Positions 1 to 11,274 of a DNA stretch of 64,000 nt are shown here, one piece after another (position 1 is the stretch's first letter; each line of letters opens with the position of its first letter). This stretch comes from Dicyema japonicum. Taxonomy: Eukaryota > Animalia > Dicyemida. The position numbers were made by a program, and so were the translations under genes. The DNA lies in NCBI GenBank assembly GCA_011109175.1, contig RDEW01000043.1, positions 372,001-436,000 of the forward strand, given 5' to 3'. The notes beneath the pieces were generated by a model, which saw only the letters and a program-made list of their open reading frames with translations, was not told the origin of the DNA and searched no databases.

Positions 1-1650
1 CGACAACTTTTCTTGGAAATAGATGATGTTGTCACCATCAAAATCTACATCCAAATTATTCATTCCCGACAGAAGCTACAAAGACAAATCCGAGCTCTTT
101 TGATTAGATATTTTTATTTTTGACAAAAAATCCTAAAATTTAAATTTATAAAAGAAAATTAGCGTGATCCGTCATCTTATTTCTGGTATGCCAAACTCCA
201 AGCTCGACTGTTTGCAAATTTCTCTACAATCGTGACTACGGAGTACTGCGATTTTGTTAAAGCTTGAAAATCTTTCTCAAAATTGAAAATAAACCTCCCC
301 TCCATCCGAATGACAATAGTAACATTTACATCTCTCCTGTAATATCATGCTATCGTGGCTGCTGTCCAGAACTCGGCCACTTTACCAGATTGGAAAAAGT
401 CCTAATTTGTGGCGACATGAACACAGAGTCCCCTTCAGCAAAAACCAACAACTGGACCAAAGTGGATCCCTAATATTAGACACCATTTAAGACTTATTAA
501 TCCTGAATGACCAGAATAAATACACAAGAACCCCATCCAGAAGTTGTGACTCTCCAACTTCACCAGATCTCTTTCTTCTGCCTCGTCTATTGCTTCTACG
601 ATCACGTGAGACTTTATTGATGAATTAAAACGGATCACAATCCAATACTCTTAAGAGTCATGGGAGAACGCAAGATGGCTAGAACCCGTAATACCTACAT
701 CATCTTCTCACTTGCGAATAGAGAATTTTCCCTCAATCAAAGTGGCCGTCGGATTTATTAATGAAGTGATTTTGGAAGCCCTCAAAAATTTATTCCTATG
801 GGGCGAATCAATCTGCTTCGGATAAATTTGACATTGAAACGAAGGCCCTCGTTGAAAAAAAGAAACAGACTAAAGAAAGCTGTAGATAGAACAACAGACC
901 TGATTTCAGAAATCTCGAAATTATATAACGAAATAACCAAGAGGGTTACAAGTCTAAATAAAGCAAAATGGGAGCGACCTTGGTAGCCATCAACAAAAAC
1001 ACAAAGACATCGTCCCTATGGAGAACAGCGCAGAAACTCAATAATATTTCCTTCCAGCAAACACCAGGAATAAATCCTGACACACTTATGAAATTCTATT
1101 TAAGTATATGCCACAAGCTTTACTTGAAAATGGAAAGTCAACAGAAACACAAAATGAAGAAATATCCATATATTGAATATTTTACACGGTGGCACAATGC
1201 AACGAGTGCAGAGCAAGAGGCCTGATGACCCCCCTAATTCGAATCCTCTTGTTGTACATTTCGATTAAGATTCCACCATCTAAGATGCTTTAGCTTGACG
1301 AGTGGAAAAAACTAATTCTTCAGAAGATTGCTCCATCGTTAGAGCTTCCCGCATTAGACTTCCACAAATCTAACGAAATTGACTCAATTCATCTCGGATG
1401 GACTGAATTATTCAAAACCACGTGAAAGAACTGTATTATTCCCTCTGGATCAAAAATCAAAAATACGATATCTCCCAACGGGGTCCCTCAAAGATCCCAC
1501 TAGAAAAACCTCTCAATCCTTGGAGTCACATTCGACTCTCTAATGACGTTCACTCGTCATGTGGAGACATTAGTTCGTTCCTCTCTCTCACCATGAATTA
1601 TTATAAAAACAATATATTCTACCATCGAACGTGCATGTGTGACGTGTACT
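1..1650 (+). mobile_element. Decayed APE-RT non-LTR retrotransposon (Jockey/L2-like)
   Basis: APE motif VLICGDMN (ORF 264-473), NGVPQ near 1477-1490 and LGVTFD near 1520, broken by stops and frameshifts. Confidence 0.75.
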
Positions 1651-1831
1651 AAACCCGTGTCAATATCGACACAAAACAAACTACAATTCATAGTCTTCCA
1701 AATCTAGTCTGAAATACTCGGAAAATTTTCGACGCCCACCTAACTTTATCCACCTTATTTACTTGGTTGATGATTATTATGAAAGATATGAGATTAATGG
1801 CTCTCCTGTTGAGAATCCGGATTCGGGAGTC

Positions 1832-2005
1832 TTGTATCAATTTCCTTTATGCTAAGTAGTCCTTGAACCACTGCGCTTACGTTAACATTGTTTTCTCTAT
1901 TGGGTTTATTCGTAGATAGATCCAAAGGAAGTGTTCCACTGTTATCAGTAGAAACAGCATGCTCATCCCCACAAGAAATGTATCTATAAAACGACTTGAC
2001 TCTAA
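1832..2005 (-). CDS. Candidate terminal exon containing a PLDLS motif; parent gene unresolved
   Basis: Stop-free minus frame after a ttttatag acceptor: ...STDNSGTLPLDLSTNKPNRENNVNVSAVVQGLLSIKEIDTRLPNPDSQQESH*. No upstream exons could be joined. Coordinates approximate. Confidence 0.3.
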
Positions 2006-2559
2006 GACACTTTTTTTCTTAAAAAATCAAAGCTACTAATATTATTTGACCGAACAATAACATTTCATTTGCAGAACACGTGGTTAAAAATCAACTTTCT
2101 AAAGACATTCTAAACTAATAATTTATGTAGATTGCAGCAACTTTATGGATTATTATTAGCAACATGAAAATCAAACATTTTGATACGTAGCTGTTCTGAT
2201 ATACGGTCTTCCAACTTTTCCTTCTTGGCCTGGACGAGATTCGAACGCAAGTTCTACGTGCATCCGACACTTCCTTTGTACAGAACTTCGGTTTTCCAAT
2301 GACTCCCGACTCTGTATCTTCACGGAAGATGGAGGACACTAACTTTTATTTATCTGAAGCTAATTATAAATTTCGCGAAATAGAGGTACGTCATCAGCTC
2401 AACCTTGAATTATTGAACAAAATACAAAAAATACTCTTCCATTGTCTTCAAGTTTTTATCATTCACCTTTTCGGACGCCCTAAATAAAAAAATCACAAAA
2501 ACTAATCGATCGCAAAAAAAAGTTCAGTATAAACACTAGACTCTGAAAGAATTCTTCGA

Positions 2560-2790
2560 CCGAGTAGATAGCGGCGTGAGAGAAAACTAATCACCGGTAA
2601 TAGAATACACCCCTGCCGCCAATAAGTAATTATGTACACCTTAACTTAGGCAGAACTCACTTTATTTAAGAAGAACAGTTGCTAATTAATCAGAGGCAAT
2701 TATTCCAAGGCATTAAAAATGTTCTTGACTTCTTGTTCTGTTCTTTTTCATTTTTGTAATTCCCAGTAACAGTATATCTAACCCACACTT
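2560..2790 (-). mobile_element. LTR-like repeat followed by a putative tRNA-Leu primer-binding site
   Basis: Shares the ACTGTTCTT..CTTAAATAAAGTG block with 5370-5410 and 15520-15560; followed on the minus strand by TGGCGGCAGGGGTG (2608-2621). Confidence 0.45.
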
Positions 2791-2822
2791 AAGTAGTTAA
2801 TAAACAAATAATTTATGAACGT

Positions 2823-2990
2823 GGCCGTGTGGCGCCATGTGATGCTATGTAGCTAGTTTGTCAAAAATTATTTTCCCTTTTTTTGATGGCGTCATTGGAT
2901 CCATCTTACTGAAAAGACGCCCAATGCCTGGCATCAAGAGGATCCAACTATTCTTCACCGGGGGATAATGTCGTTACCCGGAGACAAGTT
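2823..2990 (+). mobile_element. SINE-like family A, copy 1 (structured core 2888-2947)
   Basis: Head GGCCGTGTGGCGCCATGTG, pyrimidine linker and core GGCGTCA...GACGCC...GGATCCAA, homologous to 4949-5265 and 51810-52070. Confidence 0.7.
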
Positions 2991-3008
2991 CTGGAGCGCT
3001 GGAACGAG

Positions 3009-3960
3009 TTTTTTTAATAACCCCGGGAACACCGATAAAGAGTCAAACAGTTAGGTGATCCCAGTCCCCGCAATCAATTGTTCCATTCGACGTCTGTGAT
3101 CTTCCATTGTCCCCACTACTTTCCGGAATAGCCTTCTCTCGGTCTTGCAGAAGAATCCAATCGGGGAAGGGAATTTCCTATCCAATCGGTTTTCTCTTAC
3201 CATGGAAATGATCAGGCGAAGCGGGTTTCCTATCTTCCTCACAAACGCGAAGAAATACGGAACCACGACTACGGGTCTTAGCTTCCATGAGTAGTGAGTC
3301 TGTTGATCCATTACGTGGGCAAAGCATACTGATGGTTTTCTGGTGTATTGAGTTGACTCTGTGGACCATAGTCTCCGATAGCGCGAATCTCCATGCAACG
3401 GAGGCATACTCACGGCTGGCGCGATTGTTTGTTGGTAGAGGGTAGAAACGGAAAAGTCCATATTCCTCGGGGTCCTCCTACAAGGGCGCGTAAAACTGGA
3501 GGCCTATGATAATCATGTCTTTAATCATGCCTTTTGCGTGGGAGTTAAAATTGAGTAGACTATCGTACTTGACTCCAAGGACAGTGGGGGACCTTGTCAC
3601 TGGAATCCGAGTGGGACCAATAAAGATACTCGGTTCATCCTTAGAAACGGCGGTCCGAAGTGAAAATAATACAAATAGACTTGGTTGCAGAAATCGTAAG
3701 TCGATTGCTAACAATCCATTCGTGAAGAATGTTCAATTTTGCCTGAGTCTTAAAGGATGCGACTTGCGTCGAACGGTTCCGTATTGCAATGACTACATCG
3801 TCTGCGTAGGATAATAGCAGGGAATCTTTGTCTCCATCATTAGGTAGGTCGTGTAGGAATAAGTTGAATAGAATTGGTGAAAGTGGAGACCCCTTGGGTA
3901 CCCCGGATCGAGTTAGGATCAAGGAGTTAGTTATGTTACCCTTGGTTTTTGAAATAATAA
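3009..3960 (-). mobile_element. 3' part of an APE-type LINE whose ORF ends ...GIT* (frameshifted)
   Basis: GVPKGSPLSPILFNLFLHD and YADD (3641-3967), LGVKYD (3478-3714), C-terminus RMEQLIAGTGIT*, short 3' UTR ending in an A-rich tail at 3009. Confidence 0.85.
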
Positions 3961-4018
3961 TAAACAAAGAATTAAAAAAACCACAAAATTAATAAATTTA
4001 TTTTTAAATATAGGTTTG

Positions 4019-4803
4019 TTACTTAAACTTTTTCAATGCCTCAAATCTCTTAGCCAAATCATCAAAGTCGAAATCAGCATTGCTATCATCCGTTGGGGAG
4101 GTTTCTCGTCATTATTTTCATGCGCCGTCACGTTCTGAGGTAAATTAGTCTCATTGGGTTTCTCATTACTTGAAACAAAATCGTCAAATCCTGGAAGAAT
4201 GGGGACAGTGGCAGGTTCAGCGTCCTGAAATGACTCGAAAGCAATAAGTGGTTGATAGTTCTGTGCGGGCAACACATCTGGATTGAATTCATAAGCAACG
4301 TTGGCGGCTTTGGCAATTTCCACTAAATAACTTTCCACTACTCGTCTATCGGGGACTTCGTAGGTCATATATTTTACCAACGTCTGGTTCACATTCTTCA
4401 CTGAATTGTCCTCACAGACTTTTATAAACTCTTTCCCATACATTTTAGTGAAAATAGTATTTATTTTCTTTAATTCTGGGATCTCCATTTGGAGGTAATT
4501 CATGGACCAGATCAAACTGGCGATAGCCTCCTCCAAAGAAGGAGGTACAGTCTTGCTTCGTTTGAGAAATCCAATTCGTGCAACTATCAGATCACAGTAA
4601 GATTCCACAATGTCCATTGATTCGATCAGATAATCTTCCCTCAGTATTGATTCCACCCGAATTCTGGCTCGATTGGCTTTGGAATTTTTCAAATGCTCAA
4701 CTATTTCCATTCTTGACCTTTTGGACATTTCTGTCTTCTTTACTTGCAGGTTCTTTAATCGAGTAATAGCTAATTGAAGATTCACTTTCAATTCCGACAT
4801 CAC
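4019..4803 (-). CDS. IST1: IST1 homolog (ESCRT-III-associated factor); one-base frameshift before the C-terminal motif
   Basis: LKVNLQLAITRLK...RARIRVESILREDYLIE...YLVEIAK matches the Ist1 domain. C-terminal DFDFDDLAKRFEALKKFK* (to 4019) lies in the -1 frame after the C-run at 4095-4098. Start uncertain. Confidence 0.92.
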
Positions 4804-4924
4804 AACAGATACGATCTAAAATAATATTTAATTATTAAAAAAAGTTATTTATAAATATTATTTTAAATCGTCTTTTAAAAAAAATCGTCTTTAAATTAAC
4901 CGCTTAAACATTCTTTACGAGTAA

Positions 4925-5455
4925 TACGTGACGTCATCAGTCAGTGAAAAATTCCGCGTGGCGCCATGTGGTGCTTCGTGGCTATTGGTGAAGTTTCTGT
5001 TTGTTCGTCTGTTCCTCCTCTTTCTTCCTATTAGAGTGGCGTCATGTGATCCACCTGTCTAGGTGGCGCCCAGTGCCAGGTCGGCACGAAAAAGGATCAT
5101 TTGATCTCCCCCACTCCACTGGAGGGGTTTCCACAACTGCAAACATGGACGTCTTTTACCCTATATGTTGATTCCGGATAGACTCTGTGGAAGTGGAAAC
5201 TGGAAACACTTAATTAGTTGTTTACTTAACTTCCCTCTCGGTGTATCCGGAGTTAATAAATAATAATCAGTCAGTGAACATTTCACTGCGGAACCGGATC
5301 GTCTATAAGGACATACACCCAACAAAAAAAAAAATAAATTAAGACCATTCCATTCCCTCTATGATTAGTTATACTAACTGTTCTTTACTTAAATAAGGTG
5401 TGTGTCCTGCCTGACCAGAGCTATAGATAATATGGCTTCGTGTATTAGTGCAGCT
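4925..5455 (+). repeat. LTR-like repeat (family C) interrupted by SINE A copy 2
   Basis: After removing the insert, CAGTGAA-CAT-TTCACTG CGGAACCGGATCGTCT...ACTGTTCTTTACTTAAATAAGGTGTGT aligns with 15428-15570. Confidence 0.55.
4949..5265 (+). mobile_element. SINE-like family A, copy 2 (full length, with TSD)
   Basis: Flanked by a 13-bp direct repeat ATCAGTCAGTGAA (4936-4948, 5266-5278), ends in a (TAA)n-like tail, structured core at 5038-5100. Confidence 0.85.
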
Positions 5456-5562
5456 TTTTAAACGTTATCCAAGCCTTTGCAGAAAATTCTGAGAATCACG
5501 TTTGACATACTCGTTCCTTTTCCAGCACTTCAGAAACGTGATAATCAGTTGTGAGAGAAAGT

Positions 5563-5709
5563 GGAGGCCCGGAAACCATCAGTCCTGACTTGTATATAAA
5601 GATTATGGAGGCCCGGAAACCATCCAGTCCTGACTTGTATCAGGATTATGGAGGCCCGGAAAGGATTATGGAGGTCCGGAAACCATCCAGTCCTGACTTG
5701 TATATAAAG
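5563..5709 (+). repeat. Imperfect tandem repeat, ~44-bp unit, about 4 copies (one truncated)
   Basis: ggaggcccggaaaccatc(c)agtcctgacttgtat repeated. Confidence 0.9.
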
Positions 5710-6015
5710 CACTACGTCTAGTCATGCATCTCTTGTTTATGTGTTTCATGGGACCCATTCATCCCTTGGACCAAGATCGTATCCGCCCAGAAAAGGCATA
5801 TAGAGTGACGGACAGTGGATTTCCGAAAAAAAGTTAACCACCGACATCTCTGTAGTCACTAATTCGGATAAATGGTGCAGGATGTCCGCTCTATCGGACA
5901 GTTCTCCATCTAGTACGTGCTTGTGGGTGGTTTAAAAGGCGATTATTATTAAGAACATTCGAGAATTAATAATCTAAATACAACAAGACCCCTCCTAACC
6001 GCCAATTTTGTGAAT

Positions 6016-6481
6016 TCAAAAAAAACTGGCAGTTAGAATGAGGAATAAAGAAGAATTTATTTTTTTGATAAACAAATTATCAAGTGTGTTGTTAATCACA
6101 TTTCCTTTCTCAACGCTTTTAAATTTTGATTTAATTCTTAGAAACTTCGTAGCGCCTATTACCCTCAATGGCATCCCCATCATGACGTAATAAAATTTCG
6201 TCTCCTGAATTGAGTTCATCGTATTTCCATCTTGGGGTTTTTTTATTTTTTCACCTGACTTTATTATATTTTCAAGGGCAATTTTTCGTTTTTCTTCTCT
6301 TCATATATTGCAAACCAATGACCCAAGAATAGTTTTCATTTTGAAAAGAATATCGATGTAAATCAACAAGATCTACAATGTACCGATCTCTTGGAACATA
6401 AGCAATGATTGGCCTAATTTCAGGTTTAGTTGCAAGCAATCGTTTTGATAGCACAATTGCTACTCTATTTTCCGACATCAT
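6016..6481 (-). mobile_element. Ginger/KRBA2-like integrase remnant
   Basis: RPIIAYVPRDRYIVDLVDL..YSFQNENYSWVI resembles the start of this integrase core; fragmented. Confidence 0.5.
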
Positions 6482-6789
6482 ACTGTGTTGAATGCGGATT
6501 TTGCATTCTACATCGAATTGTAAATAAAGAACGAAACAGATTGGATGTGTCCATTAGAGGAGATATTCGTTTAAAAATAACACAAATAGAGCCAGATATC
6601 GAATCTTTACTCAAAAAACATCAGTCACAGGGATCCCATTGGTATTTAATTCTTTTTTTTATTATAGATTTATGCTAAGATACCAACTTAATATCGAGAA
6701 TATATTTTTTTGTTTGATTTTATAATTAACAATGAATTCATTTTAGATAGTTAACTAATTTTACTTAGAATTGTCTGCTCTAAATAAAA

Positions 6790-6855
6790 AAAGTTTTAGG
6801 GGGGGTAGAAAAAAAAGTCAAGGGTCGACGAGTAAAAAAAGGTTGAGAACCCCTG
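6790..6855 (-). mobile_element. hAT-type terminal sequence (one end only)
   Basis: Reverse complement begins CAGGGGTTCTCAACC, a typical hAT TIR; no partner end found. Confidence 0.45.
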
Positions 6856-7243
6856 ATCTAAACGATAACCACGAATTCAGCGAAATATTAGTGGGAAAGC
6901 GGAATTTCCGGCCAGTAGCAAATTATCACTAAAAATTAATTAATATTTACTTTTTAATTAATAAATAACATATATTGACTTTGTTGCAAGAAAGTGGCGG
7001 TCATCATCTAAAGAAAAACCTGAACTTCAGTTCAATCCAGAGAAAGACAGTGTCCACATTGTAGTGTGCAAGTCCCAGTCTGAAGGTCCTTAAGACGGCA
7101 CTCTGAATTGCTAGTCTCAACATTCATATTAATTTAATCACATAAAAATATTATACAAACATTTAAATGTTTAAATTTTAAAGGTTAATAAATTTTTTAA
7201 ATAAATTAATAGCGTTTCATTTTATATTGTGTTGTGAATAACG

Positions 7244-8957
7244 ATGGAGTCACAAATATTAGAAAAAATGACTGAGATGATATCTGGGATTACAAAACTT
7301 ACTGATTCAATGAACAGCCTTGTGATCTCACAGCGCAATACTATTACGAAATTCTCAGAGGATAATGAAAAAATTCTAACTACAATCGCCCAAATCTATA
7401 GCTCGAAGGTCTACCAATCGGAAAAGCCAAAAGACTACTTCTCAAGCAGTCCTACCCCAAATTCGACGGCCTCCGAAGACCAGTATTCATATGCCGACGG
7501 TTTGTTCCTGTGACTTACTTTTAGACTCCGAAGGACTCAAGAGACACACTCCGGTACTTTTTATTTTTACTTTAATAGAAACCCGGTATATTGGAATCCA
7601 TTTATGCCTAGATTTCACGAATGCCTCTGGTTTTCAGACTTATCTTGTATTTTGTTAACTTATTTTGAGGATAATCAATCCATGTTCACCAAACCCTTTG
7701 AGGTTTTCTCAGTTTCTGATAACAAGGCTCCACCAGCTTTAACTTCAGTTTCTCCCCAAAAGGTCACAGAAAGTAGTTACCTTGCTTAATCTTACAGAAT
7801 CTCCCATGATGAAAGGAAAGAACCCCGAGTCATCAGTCAAAGTAGAACTACCTTTTTTCTCATCTCAGAAGTCCGCGGAGAGTAAGTTGTCTCGTTGACT
7901 TTGTAGAATCCCCAGTTGTCACAGAAAAGAAACCAGAGTCATCATTCAAAATGGAACTACCATCGTTCTTGTCTCAAAAGACCGTGGATAGTACTTTGTC
8001 GTGCTTAACCTTTCAGAATCTCCCCTAGTGAAAGAAAAGAACCCCGAGTCATCAGTAAAATTAGACTTGTCGACTTTCTTATCCCAGAAGACCTCAGAGA
8101 GTAAGTTATCTCGTTGACTCTAAGAACCTTCAGTTGTCTCAGAAAAGAACCCAGAGTCGTCAGATAAATTGAACTTTTCTCCGTTTTTCTCTAAAAATAC
8201 CACCGAAAGTGAACTTAATGATTTAGTAATATAGGTTTGTCGACTACAGAAGAGAAAACAAAGCCGAACTTTTCTTTTTTCTCAGAAAACGTCCCTGGAA
8301 GTCTATCGTTTTCAAAGTCTTCACCATTTACTGCCCCCAACATCAAACAATCCGATATTTTCAAGTTGTAAATTCTGTAATTGTAGGAATAACTTCTTTG
8401 GGAATAAGACCATGCCGATGTATGACTTGATATTGATTAAAGTGTTCAGTCTGAGTACTCTCCTGTGAAAGGGACCGCACAGCAAGAGGGAGAGGAGGAA
8501 ACAACTGAGAAACAAGACTTTATCGGGGACTTCAAGCCAATTGTGAATCTCAAACCAGTTGAAATATCACTGGAGACCGAGTCTGACATAGTCCTCTTCG
8601 AATCAAATTGCAAATTATACCGATTCAACCCAGACCTGAAAGAATATCGTCAATGTGGGGCTGGTAATTTGCAAATATTGAAGAATGAGAAGACTGAGCA
8701 GTGTCGCGTTTTGATGCATCGTGAACAGGTGAATATATGGTTATTTGCAGTTGTTAACTGTGTGCCTCAACCATTGGATTACTAAGGACTCATATGTTCC
8801 CCAAATAAAGGGGAAATCAAACTCTGTGGAGTGGAGTGCTATGAATCATACAGATGATAAAGCAAACTTTGAGACTTTAGCTGCCCGGTTTAAAACGGAT
8901 GAGGAGGCTACGGAATTTATATCTATTTTCAAAAATTCTGTTGATTCTGCTAATTGA
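7244..8957 (+). CDS. Nucleoporin-like protein with tandem repeats and C-terminal Ran-binding domain (Nup50/Nup2/RanBP2-like); 13 exons
   Basis: Continuous frame after removing 12 GT-AG introns: 7500-7524, 7554-7578, 7586-7611, 7647-7669, 7773-7797, 7882-7906, 7991-8016, 8101-8124, 8209-8234, 8365-8386, 8420-8442, 8729-8750. RanBD: DFKPIVNL...KLYRF...GAGNLQILKN...RVLMHREQLLTVCLNH...WSA...LAARFK. Confidence 0.88.
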
Positions 8958-9118
8958 TTAAAATTGACTAGTCTTTTCTGTTATTTTCTTGTTTTTTATT
9001 ATTTTTGATGTATTAGTAGCAATAAGTTAATATAATTTTTGACATTATAAGGGTTTTATTTTACGAAGAGACAATCTTATACAACTAATATTATTTTAAT
9101 AAAAATATTTATTAATTT

Positions 9119-9339
9119 CTACAATCTTACACAACCCCCGCCAACGTAGTTGACGCTTCTTCTCACATAGCAATGGCGATCAACATGAAGTTGTTTCTCA
9201 CGATAACGATGCCTTTCACAGTTGCAATTGTGATCTACTTGAGAAACCATTTGATTCACTGACGTCATGGTTTCTGAGTGTAGCTAGGCTTTGAAAGATA
9301 AAGATTTCATGTTTACCCTTCCAATTGTCTCGACGACAT
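9119..9339 (-). CDS. Candidate small Cys/His-rich protein gene (2 exons)
   Basis: ATG at 9339, donor gtaaac, then stop-free LHSETMTSVNQMVSQVDHNCNCERHRYREKQLHVDRHCYVRRSVNYVGGGCVRL*. Joining the exons needs one extra base. Confidence 0.3.
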
Positions 9340-9399
9340 CTATAATCTATTATTCATAAAAATTAAATATAACCGGGAATATAATTTATTAACGCACGT

Positions 9400-9500
9400 G
9401 AGACCTGGTGGCTTTCCAGTTGATCTTGTTGCAATCGTGAGAGGCAACGCAACGTCGATATGTCGGCGGGGTCCACTTTGGATGGATGTCTGTGTTAATT
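9400..9500 (+). repeat. Dispersed ~100-nt repeat family B, copy 1
   Basis: Closely similar to 27409-27510; ends CCACTTTGGATGGATGTCTGTGTTAATT followed by an AT tail. Confidence 0.8.
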
Positions 9501-9509
9501 TAATTATTT

Positions 9510-10330
9510 ATATTTAGAACCAACAATCACCGACAAAACAAAGGAGAGTAGGGGCCGTCAGGTGATCCCGGCCTCCTTGAGCAGCCGCCTCATCTTTTTT
9601 CAGTGTTCCTCCCGAGTGCCGACACATTTCCGGTGTGGACGAATGACTTTTTGGAGTTTAGAGGTTTTTGCAGAGCTTTCGTATTCTTCCACGAGTTCCT
9701 TGAACGGGGTTGGTTTTAATATCGAGGAGGAAGATCTTTGTAGGGTCTTTGTTACTGTCTCTCGGAAGGAGTTTATTTTCTTTAGGTTGGTGTGGGATAT
9801 GTTGGTACCCCATGCGCGCAGCAGTAGCTGATTGACGGAAGTATATATCGCTACTAGATATGATCTATTGTTGGGGGAAACCATCTCTTGTAGTATCCAA
9901 GTAGCGTTTTTACAAAGTTTAATTTTCGCTGGGAAGAGGAGATTATGTTGCTCACATGTTTGCTGAAGGTCATTAGTGGGTCATATGTGATCCCCAGTAT
10001 TTTGGTTGAATTTGTGAAGGGGGTTGTTATCCATTTAGGGTCAGTCAATCTTCTATTGGAAGTAAAGATCATAAATCACGACTTTTCATGTCTTGAGTGT
10101 AGTTGGTTCCTCGTAAGCCAACAGTTAAGGTTATCCAGTGAATCTTGTAAGCGGGAAACCGCTGTGTGGATACACTGATCTCTTGTTCCCAAGACTAAGT
10201 TGTCGGCGTAAGCAAGGAATAGGGTATGGTCGCAACCGTAGGACGGCATGTCGCTCATGAATAGGTTGAAGAGGGTCGGAGAGAAGAAGATCTTTGCGGG
10301 ATCCCATACGGCAGAAATTTAGTGACTGAA
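9510..10330 (-). mobile_element. 3' part of ...GIT* LINE family, decayed
   Basis: FLAYADN (10076-10258), ILGITYDPLMTFSKH (9854-10072), C-terminus KMRRLLKEAGIT*. Confidence 0.8.
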
Positions 10331-10569
10331 GCAACGAATATTTTAAATGAAATTTAATCATAAAATTATCTAAGGCATATTATTTGTTAAAGAATGCTGA
10401 TTTTAAAGATTCTTGTAAATTGGATAACTATTAGGTCAACAATTTAATTTTTAGGGCAATTTAATAGACTTTTAAGATCAATTTTTATTTTAAGGGCAAC
10501 TTTTCGGTTGACCTACTTATTAAATAGAACGTTAGTTACTTATGAATAATCAGTATATATCCTAATATT

Positions 10570-11170
10570 TTTCATATTTTGCATATTGTTCAATGGAGAT
10601 CAGAAAATTTTATCCAGAAGTAGATTATGTGATAGCTAGCGTACACTTCTATTAGGGAAGAACCAAAAGTTAAAATTGTTGTTTTCCGAAATTGGAATTT
10701 TTCCCAAAGTCGTATTCATGAGATGGGTACCTTGTTGAAAGATGCATCTTTTTATTCAAAAAATATAATCCCAGTGATTAACATTTCTGAGTTAATTGAG
10801 GACAAAGGCATTTTAGTAACTTCTACGAAAAATGCATTGAAAAGTGAAAAAATAGTACAGACGCTATTTCCATAACTATTCACATATTCCAGGTTGTTCC
10901 TAAATAGTAATTTATCAAACAGAAAAAATATTACAATTTAAAAATAACGAGTGTACAATAGAGTACGCATATTCGACGCTTAGTGCAATAGATTTTGGGA
11001 AAGATGAAACAGGGGTCAAAATATTTGGAGAAGAGAATTTTGGAAAGCGACCTAACTAAAATTATTAACTAAAATTAGATGTTTTTTTGAAATTCAAGAG
11101 TTTTTTGAGGACAAACAGAAACTTTTGTACACGAATATGTAAAATTACGTAATGTCCATTTTCAATAAAC
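10570..11170 (+). mobile_element. Decayed hAT-like transposase remnant, same family as 32578-34416
   Basis: Fragments such as IRKFYPEVDYVIAS resemble 32937-33362 (IRDSYPEIDLMIAT). Confidence 0.5.
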
Positions 11171-11274
11171 AGTCTTTAAAACAACATTTGTCTTTTGTTT
11201 CGTATCTAAATTTTACAAGTTTAAATTGAGAATAAATAAAGTTAATTTTTTTTTTCATAATTTAAGGTTAAAAA

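Noticed and set aside
5563-5709. CRISPR-like repeat array (also considered for 51127-51420)
   Set aside because: No unique spacers, units are contiguous and degenerate, context is eukaryotic, no cas genes.
7500-8750. Scarcity of stop-free 3n introns as evidence of NMD-driven selection
   Set aside because: Ascertainment bias: by eye I mainly detect introns that are required to keep the frame.
9400-9500. Family B as 5S rRNA, U1 snRNA, tRNA or an HDV-like ribozyme
   Set aside because: Only short scattered matches; helices and box spacing do not fit; the TCCTCG loop on the minus strand has no P1 partner.
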